Below, one piece after another: positions 25,527 through 37,831 of a DNA stretch of 64,000 nucleotides. Numbering within the stretch: position 1 is the stretch's first letter; the number at the start of each line of letters is the position of its first letter. The DNA comes from Paraphysomonas bandaiensis (taxonomy: Eukaryota; Protista; Chrysophyceae): assembly GCA_965644295.1 (NCBI GenBank), contig CBFFRP010000269.1:6558-70557 (forward strand), given 5' to 3'. Under the pieces are notes generated by a model. It ran no database searches. It saw only the letters and a list, made by a program, of their open reading frames with translations, and was not told the DNA's origin. The position numbers and the translations under genes were made by a program.

Positions 25527-25884
25527 TGACTTTCAATAAAAAGATATTTAATTGATATGCAGTATTGTCTGTGTAAACTACAATCTAATCATCCATAACG
25601 ATTGTCTATAGAAATCTGCAATAGTGGCATCAATTTCTCTTGAATCTTCGATATCTCTATCCAATACTATAGTCAAATTGCGCATGGCTTTTTCCATCTG
25701 TAGAAGATTTTCTGCCGCAATTAATGCCACTGGTACCATCTGCCTAATAAAGTATTATACCCCTATAAGGTTATAATTATACAATAGTAGCAATAACCTT
25801 TCCTTTTAAGTTTGCGGATCTATTTACTATTTAGGCATCAAAGTCAAACATATCTAACACACTTTACATACACGGCCTAATGCA

Positions 25885-28533
25885 TCACGAAATTTCATAC
25901 ACTGCCCATCTCCTGTTGTTATCTTCACCGGCAGGTACCGGACCTGAACAGGCCGCATCAGCGCAACCGCACACTCTATTCGACGTGTCTTCACATGGAC
26001 GCTCACAACCTCCTCCTGTGGTGTCTCCCTTGCTGGCCCCACGTTTGCCCTTGCTAAGAGATGAAAAGGCAAACGAGTGTCCATCCGACCCAGCACGTGC
26101 AATAGCAAAATACTTCTTCCCTTTCGACTTTGCATGATGCAACGCAAGGTTGAAATTTGCTCCTGCTTCACCACCTCCATACACCTTGTCTTGGAAAAAT
26201 GACTCAGATGTAAAGCAACCAACATAGCGGGCACCCTCGTTCCCACGTATATTCTTACTGCCTGGCAACCTAGATTTTCGCGCCTTGGCTGCAGGAGTAG
26301 CTTCTAAATTCGGTTTCGGTTTTACCTTGTATATTCGCACTATCCAGTGCTCTGAAGTAAATGCTTCTTCCATTGTGGTCAACTTGATATTCTTATTACC
26401 AACCTCTTTTCCTCGGGCCTGATCAAATCCTGGAGGTCTACCGTACGCCGTCGTCATTTGTCCGAACTTGTAGTAGCATAATTTATAGGCTACACAGTTC
26501 AGAAGAGTGGGGGATCCCATGGGTCCTATATCAAATCCATTAGGGGACATATAGTCCTCCTCACTTGGCATATCATCTGGAAACACCCCAGATCCAATTC
26601 GCACAGGCCAAAGAAACTTGTTGATGTCATCAGATGAATATCCTGTCAAACCACCAAATATCACTAGAACATAGTCAACATCCAAAGACTCAAGTATCGG
26701 GTAGGCTTCTTCCTCAGAGGTCGCCAGCGCACGCCCAACAGTGGCAATATGTGTGTTGTTCCATGTGTTATTGTCTACTAAAACGGTGCGGTTTGCCATA
26801 GCACTCATTTGATATCCATAATCCCACCACGAAAGTATCTTCGCGTCAGGCTCAGTATTTTGCCGCAGCCAGAAGTAAGCCTCCCTGTAATCATCAAATA
26901 ACACACGACTTCCATCTGCTTGTCGACCAGCATCTATGACGATAGAAGGCGAAGAATACGCAACGGATGCCACATAGCTTGCATGGAAGTTGAAGACCAG
27001 CAACAGCATAGTGAAAGCGATTAGAACTATAGCGCTGAGGGCAGGAGATATCGAGTGCGATGAACGCAGGCCCATTATAGACGCCTTTAATAATGAAGAA
27101 AACCTTGTCAAGATGCCTGATATTCCCACAGCCCCAAGAATGCATGCAGCAGGGGCAAGAGTTAGCATAAGTCGAACCATGACCCCAGCGAAATACCATG
27201 TCACGGTTCCGTAGAGAATCAAAAATATTGCTCCATCAGTAGCATTAGTAAAGAGAAAGAGGAGGCCAAGAGGTGCGATGAGGACCAGCATATGCAGGTC
27301 GAAGAAAAAAGAGGTCCAAGTCGTTGGCTGGTGCTCAGAAACAGAGGCTATAATTGGAATGTACTTGGAGGCGTATGTTGGGTCTAACAGAGTGAGAGAT
27401 CTTCCCGTCCACTGGATGCGACCCTGGAGTTGTAGATACACAAGCACAGTAGCAACTGTTCCGACCACAGTAAGGGCTAGTAAGAACAACAGACGCCTCA
27501 GAACTGTAGCATCCACAACAGATTGCAAGTGAGACACTACGGCATACACTTGAAGGGCTACGAACACACCATGAGAGGCCGCACACTCAGCCTGTTGTAC
27601 AACATTGAATCCCACAAACGGGACAGTCATTGCCATAAGAGATCCAAGAGTATAGAACACAGAATATGCAACGTATAAACGTGACGAATACCTTCCCCCA
27701 AGCAAAAGAATAATGGTATATATAGGAATGAGGTTAATAATGAAAACATATCCTCCCCACGCAGCAACCATGTAGTAGTAGGACAAGGCGCATAAACATG
27801 CCCACATCATGGATCCAGTATTCACTGACTTGACCCACAGGTAGAAGCAGAATATAAGGGCGAATATGGCAACTCCCTCATTATCATATGATCCACCCAC
27901 CGACCTATGACATTGGTGAAATACAATACAAGTCATACGTACGGTATATCACCTCGATATGTATGATGGAACCACAGCAGTGAAGGCAGCTGCCAGAAGT
28001 CCAGCAGAAGATCTTTTGGTCACTTCAGTTGTCAGAAGATAAGAAGCTACCGCAGCATTGGCTGAAAAGATAGGAGCCAAAAATACGCACACATGACGAA
28101 TATTTATCGGAATATTAAGGGCATTCAGAACCCAGTATAATGAAGCTGCAGTAAGCATTAAACCTATATATAAACATTAAACAGATCATATATACATCCC
28201 TCTGAACTAGCCTGGATATATAGTCCCCCCTATGGTCCTTCCAAGTGGATACCATCCACGATTATCAAACCAATTCAAGAACTCCAAGAAACCCTCATGA
28301 GCTAAATATTTAGTAGTCCGAAAATTAAAATAAGGGTCAAATTCATGTATAACTGACTCATATCTAACTACAGCAAATAAACGTATAGAGAAAGCCAAGA
28401 CGCATATCATTCCCAGTATAGTGTACTTCATCACAGTCGGTAGACCGGACATGTCCTGTGTATATGTGAGATACTTGTAAGAGATATGTATGTATTGTAC
28501 CTTATCAGGACCTGAAGATAGAGAAGACTCCAT
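25885..28533 (-). CDS. STT3: Oligosaccharyltransferase catalytic subunit STT3 with C-terminal WSC-like domain (4 exons)
   Basis: [36 protein letters not shown] and DDINKF motifs. In-frame tail YVGCF...CERPC...CGC...RRWAVY. Confidence 0.96.
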
Positions 28534-28619
28534 ATGAAAAACTACAAGATAATGTGGTTAGATGGAGGAGAGTGGCATGATTGATGCGAAGATTGAGTAG
28601 ATGATGCGTGATACTTGAT

Positions 28620-28856
28620 GTGTATGTATGTATGTATGTATGTATGTATGTATGTATGTATGTATGTATGTATGTATGTATGTATGTATGTATGTATGTA
28701 TGTATGTATGTATGTATGTATGTATGTATGTATGTATGTATGTATGTATGTATGTATGTATGTATGTATGTATGTATGTATGTATGTATGTGTATGTATG
28801 AATGTATGTATGTATGTATGTATGTATGTATGTGTATGTATGTATGTATGTGTATG
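28620..28856. repeat. (TGTA)n microsatellite, i.e. (TACA)n on the minus strand
   Basis: Directly visible; lies between STT3 (-) and 28942 (+). Confidence 0.99.
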
Positions 28857-28941
28857 TCTTGTGAATGGTTTGGATTTCTTGCTTTGATGTGTTGTTTGTT
28901 GAGGTATGAGAGTTCATGTTAAACTCAAGCACAACTCCAGT

Positions 28942-29889
28942 ATGAATTTATCTATTTTAACCCTCTTCACTCTCATCTCCACCGCATGGAGCTCCCATAT
29001 GACCGTCGTTCGTCAGGACATATCCCGTACAGGTTTCATAGAGGCTCTGGAGTTAAATCACGGCAAGACAGTCCTCATCTCCAACCTCACTGTTACATTC
29101 GACTGGCCCTATGTGGAAATCACCTCTGATATCACCCATAATGAGGTGTATATGGTTGTTTTTCCTGATAACTCTCCAGGGCCTGAGCTGTATCAGTTGG
29201 ACGGGACGCTGGCTGTTAAGAATAAATGGGATTCGATAGATTTCTCGTTTTTTGATTTGCAACACTCTTCTACACAAAATACACTTTATGGAATATTGGT
29301 TACCTCTACCTATGGTCGGGTTCTCAGTAATTTCTCTTTGACTGAAGATAGCATTGTTCCAACTGAGTTGTTTACTCTCCCATACATGTGGTATGTGAAT
29401 GCATCAACGTTTCATCAGTCGACGTGCCGGTATTTTGCGCTCATCAATAATTTCCCTGGTTTTGAGAACTCGACTTTGGATCAACAACTGGTGGTTGCAG
29501 ACTTTAGCAAAGAAGGTACAACTGATGCTGACGTAGTGCCGATCACGGGGACTTCGTCACTAATTCAATTCATCTCATTCTCCTCAGCTCTTGAAACACT
29601 TTACTGTGCCGGAACAACTGATTCGGGTTCTCCAACGGCGCACGTATATACTTTGGGATTAGATGGGGTTATATCGAACAGGCTCTTTAGCACACCCGGA
29701 ATTGCCGTGGGGCCGCTGTTGGCCTCCGATTCCACCGATGAATTGTTTCTATTCGTCAAAAATACTAATGAACCCGCGCAGTGGAGCCTGTGGGCAATTC
29801 CCTATGATAAATCAAAGGGGGCATATCTCAAGATGATGTATCTTGGTGATGAGTATGTTTCTTTTTCTGCTGCGAGTATGATGGTATAG
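28942..29889 (+). CDS. Secreted hypothetical protein, possibly beta-propeller
   Basis: Signal peptide MNLSILTLFTLISTAWS; intronless ORF with beta-strand-like repeats. Confidence 0.75.
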   Translation: MNLSILTLFTLISTAWSSHMTVVRQDISRTGFIEALELNHGKTVLISNLTVTFDWPYVEITSDITHNEVYMVVFPDNSPGPELYQLDGTLAVKNKWDSIDFSFFDLQHSSTQNTLYGILVTSTYGRVLSNFSLTEDSIVPTELFTLPYMWYVNASTFHQSTCRYFALINNFPGFENSTLDQQLVVADFSKEGTTDADVVPITGTSSLIQFISFSSALETLYCAGTTDSGSPTAHVYTLGLDGVISNRLFSTPGIAVGPLLASDSTDELFLFVKNTNEPAQWSLWAIPYDKSKGAYLKMMYLGDEYVSFSAASMMV

Positions 29890-30021
29890 CGTGAAGAAAT
29901 TCCTCGAAAGCATTGTTATAACTGCATCATTTAGTGTGGATATTGTGCTTTGCTATATTATAGAGTATACTTAATAATGAAAAAGCATTGTATTCCCAAA
30001 TTAAATGAAAGCATATTATTC

Positions 30022-30623
30022 ATAAGTGTTCCTTGTGTAGACGTCTTTGGGCCTGGGCGAATAAACAGGCACCCGGGAATGATGGGCCACCTCACAACTC
30101 AAGGGCAATAAAGAATTGATCTTAGTAATAGTAAAACAATACTGTGATTATTAGAACGTAAGTGATAGCCACAGTGTGGTGAGAAAAGTGAATAATAATA
30201 CAGAACATTGCTATTATGCACAACGGAATAATTAGAAGTATAACGTATCTTATAGCTGACAATGGCGATCATTATGATGACGATGACGTATCTTCAACAG
30301 ATACAATCACTATTTCAGCTCATGATATATGTTATTGAACATCATAACTCACACATATCACATACTATCTTGTATTAAGATGAATCCTAACAAGGGCGTC
30401 CATGGTATTGGGCTGCCTACTGCCTCCTTCAGTATTCAGTAGTATCCGGGCTGTTCACCTTAAGAACAGAGAGCGAAATTGGTTACACCATAGTGCTTGC
30501 GGCGACGCACAGTATGCAGCTTTATCCGGATTGTAGGGCACCAGAGTTAAGCACTAGTTAATTAAATTGTTTTGCTACATTAGTTCTGACGTTCTGACTC
30601 TTACACGCCTATTGCTAATAATC
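30022..30623 (+). repeat. Dispersed repeat family, copy D (5'-truncated, interrupted by a solo LTR)
   Basis: ATAAGTGTTCCTTGTGTAGACGTCTTTGGGCC... resumes at 30393 and ends ACGCCTATTGCTAATAAT. Confidence 0.8.
30107..30392 (-). mobile_element. solo LTR inserted in repeat copy D
   Basis: 5-bp TSD AGGGC (30102-30106, 30393-30397). Minus-strand start TGTTAGGATTCAT resembles the Copia LTR start TATTAGGAGTCAT at 60543. The other terminus is degenerate. Confidence 0.65.
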
Positions 30624-31037
30624 AGACATTCACTACTCAGGGAATGTCTATATCCTCTTATCGCAAGCAAGCTACAAATAGCTATACATTCTATATATAT
30701 ATTAGGTCCGCAGTATCATAATGATACACTACAATCTAACTTATAGAGATAAGGAGTAAGGAATATCATGTGAAGCTGGACGAGGCTTACGAGTTACAAG
30801 TTAGTAGAGTTTATAGCGTTCAGAGTTCACTCGGGTATACTGAGTGTGTGGTGCCTTGTGAGTGGCAGTTGTCTATCATGGCTATCTCAGATAGAATTAT
30901 AAGTTTTTTGTACTTAATGGTTGAAATAATTACTTCATGTATCCGTAAGCAAGGGAGTGCGTGAATACTATTGGAACACACCATGCCGGTAATTTCAAAG
31001 AAATGACAAGCACGTACTGACTACAGCAAGTACATTC

Positions 31038-32628
31038 TTAATTGAGTGTAGACAGAATCGTCCCGATTGCCATCGCTGATGCAGCGGGCTGGTCAATAGG
31101 TACCATGTGGCCAGCACTTTCTACCTGTATCCATGTGAGTCCCTTGTATGATTTCGCCTGCCCTGCTTCCACCCCTGCTATATCCATAGGTCCAAGTCCA
31201 GCAGCAGCAAATTCCTCTTGCCCTTGCCACGAAATGCTATTTGCCATTGCATACCCGCCCTTGTAGTTACAAGCAGTGTCCGTCTTTCCATAGTAAAGAG
31301 TCACCGGTACCCCAGCATCAAGAGTTCTCCCGAGAGCTCCAGAGTAATCAAATGGATCATTCGCATCAAAATTAGGAAGATTAATGCAACCTCCAGCATT
31401 ACCCGCGAATGCATCATCACCCGCATCCCCGCACACATTGAGGGACTCCTCCACCTGTTCCTGCAGGAACCAATGTGCCCAGGCCGTGTAATTGTAGCTG
31501 TAGCATGCCCCACACGAAACACTCTCTGTACGATAGTCGTAGTAGTTGGGAGTATATCCAATGTAACGAACCATTTCCACCTCGGCGGTAGCCATTGTTC
31601 TCGGATTGGAATCCGCGGGAATGAGGTTACTCTCATGCAGGAAATCCACATAAGGCTCCATGCCCTGGACGGTGTTATTTACACACCCGTTGCCAATAAC
31701 CACACCGGAGAAGTTGATCTTGTCACTCTCCGAAGTTTGCTCCTCATTGTAGTCCAAAATAGCCCCCGCCCATGCTGGAACGTAATGGCCTCCATAGGAC
31801 TCTCCGGAAATTATGAGCTCCCGTCCTTGAAACTCAGGAAAGAGTTCGAGCCACCCGTTATAAAAAACAATGAAATCCTGCGCGGCTTCCACACTGCTCT
31901 TCACTTTCTCCCCATATCCAAATGAGTATCCCACATAGCGGGGCTGATCCAGATACCTACGTAGCACATAAAACAAATATAGTTAGACTTTAAGGGCTAA
32001 TAGATATCATGAACTCACAAGACATTTGCGTGAGCATTCCAAGAATATGGGTTCAGCGACAGCTGTTCAGTGTAGTCACAGTCATTGGTGGAGCAAGCTT
32101 CCTTAATATCAAATAAAACAAGGGGACCATTCTCCGTGGTAGCACCTTCCATAGAGCTGAATACGTTATTAATCACAAATCAAAGACTAAGAAAGTGTGA
32201 TGAGACCTGCATCCCGGGCCACCATTCGTCCTGACACAATTCCATTAGAGCTACAAAAAAATAATAATAATACTACCACTCACCAAATAATAAGTGGGGC
32301 ATCAGGATTACCATCAGCAGTTTCAAAGAACCAATAGAAGAGCCAGTCTTCCTCCGTGACATTGACGTAACCAGAGTACATATCGAACGACACTGGAGCT
32401 CGACCGACTAATGAATCCGGGAACTTTACTTGTTTTTTTGATACAGGTGAAGAGCAGAATGATTCAGATCGGCCTGAAGGTTCATCATATCGAGGATGAA
32501 GAGAAGTTAATCGGCCCTGATGTGTTTAATATATTAATATAATATACGCATATATGTATATGTATATGTGTGTGTACCTCCACTATGCTGTGTACAGCTA
32601 GAGCGATAGTTGCAAAGAGATAAAGCAT
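31038..32628 (-). CDS. Serine carboxypeptidase (peptidase S10), secreted, multi-exon
   Basis: Signal peptide, W-TNGGPGCSS, DQPRYVGYS, GESYGGHYVP and AGHMVPIDQP. Confidence 0.93.
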
Positions 32629-33258
32629 ATTTTAAAGAGAAATGAGTGAATGATATGCTAAGTTAAGAGTGTATTAACTCAGCAAGTAAGTGATGTTAAT
32701 GTGGTGTGCTGGGGATGGTGTGTATTAACTGCGCTCTGCTCTTCTCTGCAGCAGGGGAGAGATGCAGCAGCATACCATATACCATATACGGTATACCAAT
32801 ACATAATACATGGCTGAAGGTTCATGTCCAGCAGTACATGTGTACCTGTAGATATATATAGTATCCAGTGCACTCCTTTGGTACAGAATTATTATATCTC
32901 TATGAACATGCATACAGAGTAGTGTACAGCAGTATGTACCTCTAGACCTGTACGTATGAACAGGGGTGGACATATATGGTACACGTCCCACCTGCACCTG
33001 CCTCATGATCTTATGCACCAATCCAATAGGCTCATATATGCAATCTGGATATCTAGATCTACATCAGGACTCATGACAGAACCGTATCAATGCAAGACAA
33101 CCACACAAATAACAACTATAACATCACATATATACTATATACATCATATATAGCTCTCACAGTAACACCTGTATAGTGTACGGTCACCATCCCCATACAA
33201 CACTCATGACCTGTCAAATAACTACCTTAGCCTCCTATTGTCAGTCACTACTATCACT

Positions 33259-34268
33259 ATGGTACATATGGAAACAGATGATGTAATGTGGCTTGTTCCA
33301 GTTGAAACAAGAAGCAATCAGTGTTTGCATATTCGGCTAACGAGATCGGATGGAGTGGTCAACATCGTTGCTAGCGAGTACCAATGTTTATGTATGTAAT
33401 GGCCTGCCACTTCATGTTGCTATTACACTAGTATTCCTACAGATGGTCATCGTCACTCCAAGCTGTTGGTAAAGAAAGTGTCTGAAGCACGCACGGGTGC
33501 TGAGGGGGGTGAAACCTGTTTGATAGATATAAAAGAAGAACAGTCTCAAGATATGGTAGCGGCCTTGAAATATATGCATTCTGATTCTCCAGATGTTAGA
33601 TTTGATAAGCATTCTGTGCTCAAACTTGCACGCACTGCGGACTATATGCAGATTACCCAACTCAGACAAAGAATTCTTGCTCTCGCAACGGACTTGTTAA
33701 GCCGTGTCGACGAGGATTCATTAGTTAAAATTTGCAATATAAAACAAGGAGGTCATCAATTTACTGTTTGGGATGCAGTTGCTATTTTGCACATGCTTGG
33801 AGACCCAAATAAAGCTTTTCCCGTGGATATGAACTCATGGTGTATAAGGTATGGAGATAGCATTTAGTGCACATGTGGTGATATGTATTGAACTTTAGTA
33901 ACCCCAATGTGTTCGCGGATGAAACTCTTTTTAGCTCATGCGGTCATATTTTTTCTGCTCAGTGCCTAGCGTCTTTTATCAGGCGCATCAACCAACGATA
34001 CGATGATGAAATTTCTGTAATTTGTAATTCGCACTCCAACACCCTTGTGTCTTACCAGCGCAAACTCCTGGGTCTGACCACTGATGTAGCATCGCTTCTT
34101 CAAAGCTACGTGGGAAAAGAACTTGTATCAGTCAGTTGTAAACGACATGGGACAGTACTACGAGTAGATGACTATCGAAAAACAGAGCTTGTTGTCATGT
34201 GGCATCACAATGCATCTACAACAAACATAAGAATTAGAGAACTTTTTAACTATAGTATTTTGGAATGA
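33259..34268 (+). CDS. BTB/POZ-domain protein (about 3 exons)
   Basis: BTB-like segment LIDIKEEQSQDMVAALKYMHS...VLKLARTADYMQITQLRQ. Confidence 0.65.
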
Positions 34269-35334
34269 AAAAGGTGTAGATTTTATAAACTCTATAAACC
34301 TATGTTTGACACTCCCATATACTAGATATAGTGCAGTAATAAGTAATAAGACTATGTTAAAAGGTAAGTTTAGTATTTTAGTATATATACTCCACATGTG
34401 TTTGACCGTTTCGTATTTTCTCTAGTATTTTTCAATGTAGTGCCAGTTAGCGGAGTGGTACTGTTATTACAAATGGTATCCAGCAAGCTCATTCAAAACA
34501 TTATATGCATAGAAATATGTGATATGCAGTCATAAAATATTATACGACGCATAAACAAACACACCCTATAACAGCGTGAATGAGTTACAAGATCCACAGG
34601 TCGAAGCATGTAGTGGAAGTGGTAGCCTATGAAAATGCCTTGCCCCACATTTTCTTCTCTTTTTCTTTCTCTTTTTGAATTAGTCTCTTAACTCTCTCCA
34701 TAGCCTTTACAACAGCCTTGTCCTCCGTAGGAGAGTGCTCACTTGCTTTTTTAATATCTTCAAATGCCTTATCGTAATCCTTCTTAGCTTCATACGCAGC
34801 AGATCTTCGAAAGTAAGCCTTCACAGATGTCGGTGATATCTCCAGTGCATCAGTAGAATATCTAATAGCATGTAAGTGCCAAAAATCAACGAAATAATTT
34901 TTATTCTCACCCTTTGAACAACTCCGTGCCTTCCTCTTTATTTTTAGTTACAAGCCTCATGCGGTCGGCCATCTTGAGCTTTCTGAAATCATGGTCCTCA
35001 TCCTCTCCACCCTCGGCCTCTCTGAACATATGTTAACTTGGATATACTAAAACGCATTCGTAAACATACTTTTGCGCAGCTGCAGCATCAGCAGCAAGTG
35101 TTTGCTCCAGCCTTAACTTATCATCAGCAGTCGCAGCCAAATACGAACTACAGAGACCGCCTTCACGATTCACAGGAGTGCCTTCACCTTCACCTGCTAC
35201 CTCAGTGCCTTCAAGAGCGACTTGCAGAGCCGAGTACTTGGATCGAATCTCATCCAGTGATGCGGTCTCGCCGTTGTCCCAAAGCCAGTTCTCGTACTCG
35301 TTAAGGGTATCCGTGAAAGCATTATTATCTATAG
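34162..35334. repeat. Segmental duplicate of 37348-38833 containing a truncated pseudogene copy of the Hsp110-TPR 3' end
   Basis: Near-identical sequence and the same last-exon ORF (34627-34824 vs 37832-38029). About 290 bp are deleted at an AATAGC microhomology. Confidence 0.92.
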
Positions 35335-36290
35335 CCGTTACCTCGACATAATACCTCAGATGGCATCAAACTCAGATTGAAACGCTTTTGGAGTGCTGCC
35401 AAATACATGAATAGACAGATATCTGATGACAGATCTCATTCTCAGTCATATCAGCTGCGTGTGTGTGCTGCTCTGTGCTGATTTGAACAGAGGCCGTCGA
35501 AGCAGTCTGAATATGCTGACTGCACAGAGCCTTTTGGCCCCTCTCCAGATCGAATAAATTACTCTGATCGCTGTTCCTCAGTCCCGAGGGCTCAGAGAGA
35601 AATCTCGTCCCTCCTTCCTCTTGCTGTGTGCTCATCTCTGTGATTCTCATCCGATGGATATGGCTGCTCTCTCTTCCCTCTTGTTAGGCCTAATATAGGG
35701 TTATGAGATATGCATAAGGTCATATGAACTTATTCTAATCTCATGTGTTCTTATTGTGGGGGTGAGAGCATCGTATGAGGGGTGTGGATGATGTGTATGT
35801 GATGCTCATCTAAAGAGGGTAACATACCATCACTTCACTATCAAATCAAAAATCCCCATACAGAGTGTACCAAGCCTACTAAATTCATCCACCATATCCA
35901 TATCCACCATATGTCGTCCACCATAGTGACGTTTTTCGACAAAGCGGACCAGTCTGGTCCCACTTCATTTTTTTGTATTGTGTTTTTTTGTATGGAATAT
36001 GAGTGTAGAGCTTTGAAATTATGGTCAAAATGACCACAATTTTTTAAGGACGCTTGGTCCACTTTGTCAAAAAACGTCTCCATAACACGAAGTGACTGTA
36101 TGATGAAAAAAAGTCCAAAAAATGTATTTTTGAAAAAAAAACTGAAATCTGTCGTGTATTTCGAATCCTCCCTGGATCCCTGTATATTTACTGGGCGGTG
36201 TCATATATTGTCATCTATAAGAACAACGCGCTTGTTTGAATTCATTCGATTATATTTCTCTTGTCTAGAACTGTAGAGACAACACACACA

Positions 36291-36785
36291 ATGATAGTTG
36301 AAGAAGAAGCACAAGCAGATGAAATTGCTAAGATAATGAATATTTTCAATATCAGCATCCATGAATTCAACGAAATGAACAAGAAATCGAGTGAATTTGT
36401 AAAAGGATTCTGGAATGATGACATGAGTAGCCACTGCAAAAAATCATTTTACTATTTACAAGACTTAGATAGTTCGTTGGATGAATACTTGCAATTTGGT
36501 GCCGATAAGTGTGGTGTAACTGATTTCAAGGAGTTCTGTGACAAGTTGAATATTGACATTGACAGTCAAACGCATACCAACAAGAATGTGGAAAGAGGAC
36601 AGCATCTATATTCAAAAAATAAAAGACTTGTGATAACCTTCTCTAATCCACACGTATACCAAAATAATTATATGCACTATTTCGGAGTCACTGGAGGGAG
36701 ATCCGAAGTACTACACGCATTTGACGTGTTTACTAGAATGGGTGATTACAGCGACATGTGTTTTGGCGGAAGAGATTACATTTAA
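36291..36785 (+). CDS. Intronless AT-rich orphan ORF, possibly of foreign/viral origin
   Basis: ATG in ACACACACAATG opens MIVEEEAQ...YMHYFGVTGG...GGRDYI. Appears more AT-rich than neighbouring exons and sits between the duplicated segments. Confidence 0.6.
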   Translation: MIVEEEAQADEIAKIMNIFNISIHEFNEMNKKSSEFVKGFWNDDMSSHCKKSFYYLQDLDSSLDEYLQFGADKCGVTDFKEFCDKLNIDIDSQTHTNKNVERGQHLYSKNKRLVITFSNPHVYQNNYMHYFGVTGGRSEVLHAFDVFTRMGDYSDMCFGGRDYI

Positions 36786-37831
36786 TCATGTGTTGCTGCC
36801 TAACGGTATACCAACACAAAGACGAGATAATATAAAAGAATCAAATAACGTTGAATAATATACATATTCGAGAATAACACCCATAGTGCGTTTCTCTGCT
36901 GCTGCGTGTAAGGCATGAATACTACACGAAATATTATTGATCATCCATGTAATCTACATCATCGTCTAGTGAATATTCTAACTTATACATTTATCGGCTT
37001 AGCTACTAGGAAAAAATACTTGATTGAAAGGATTATTATTTTTTAAAGAGATTGTAGTATAGCGGAAATGAATCTTCGTCGACAAAATAAAGACACGACG
37101 GTGAAGAAGTGAATTGAGAGTCATCTTTATGAGAAAAATGAGTTTCCCGGGGCCAACAATAGCAAACAAAATTAACATATTGTTGGTTCTTAACCAGCCG
37201 AAAGTAAACCAGTATACCCCGTAAGGGTATACCAACACAATGTTCCAAAAAAAATCACTTGAACATAATTTTAACAACAATAATGGTAACATTAACACTA
37301 ACTCTGTGGTCAAGAGTGAAGACTATTTGGTAAGAACTTACCAAATAGAGTAGATGACAATCGAAAAACAGAGCTTGTTGTCATGTACAACAAACATAAG
37401 AATTAGCGAACTTTTTAATTATAGTAATTTGGAATGAAAAAGGAGTAGATTTTATAAACTCTAAAGTTCGATATTTCTATGCCTAAAACTATATGTAATG
37501 CACCTACGTTTGACACTCCCATATACTAGATATAGTGCAGTAATAAGTAATAAGACTATGTTAGAAGGTAAGTTTAGTATTTTAGTATATATACTCCACA
37601 TGTGTTTGACCGTTTCGTATTTTCTCTAGTATTTTTTCAATGTAGTGCCAGTCAGCGGAGTGGTACTGTTATTACAAATGGTATCCAGTAAGCTCATTCA
37701 AAACATTATATGCATAGAAATATGTGATATGCAGTCATAAAATATTATACGACGCATAAACAAACACATCCTATAACAGCGTAAATGAGTTACAAGATCC
37801 ACAGGTTGAAGCTTGTAGTGGAAGTGGTAGC

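Noticed and set aside
25560-25800. Short exon-like minus-strand frame (MVPVALIAAENLLQMEKAMRNL...)
   Set aside because: No supportable gene model; may be a fragment.
35859-36184. Possible Tc1/mariner MITE (TA-CAGAGTGT ... CCCTG-TA)
   Set aside because: The ends match poorly. Kept only as an alternative to the viral explanation of the insert.
36960-37340. Possible TnpB/Fanzor omega-RNA or nuclease remnant near the GTAA hairpin
   Set aside because: No RuvC or zinc-finger motifs in the frames examined; the hairpin alone is insufficient.
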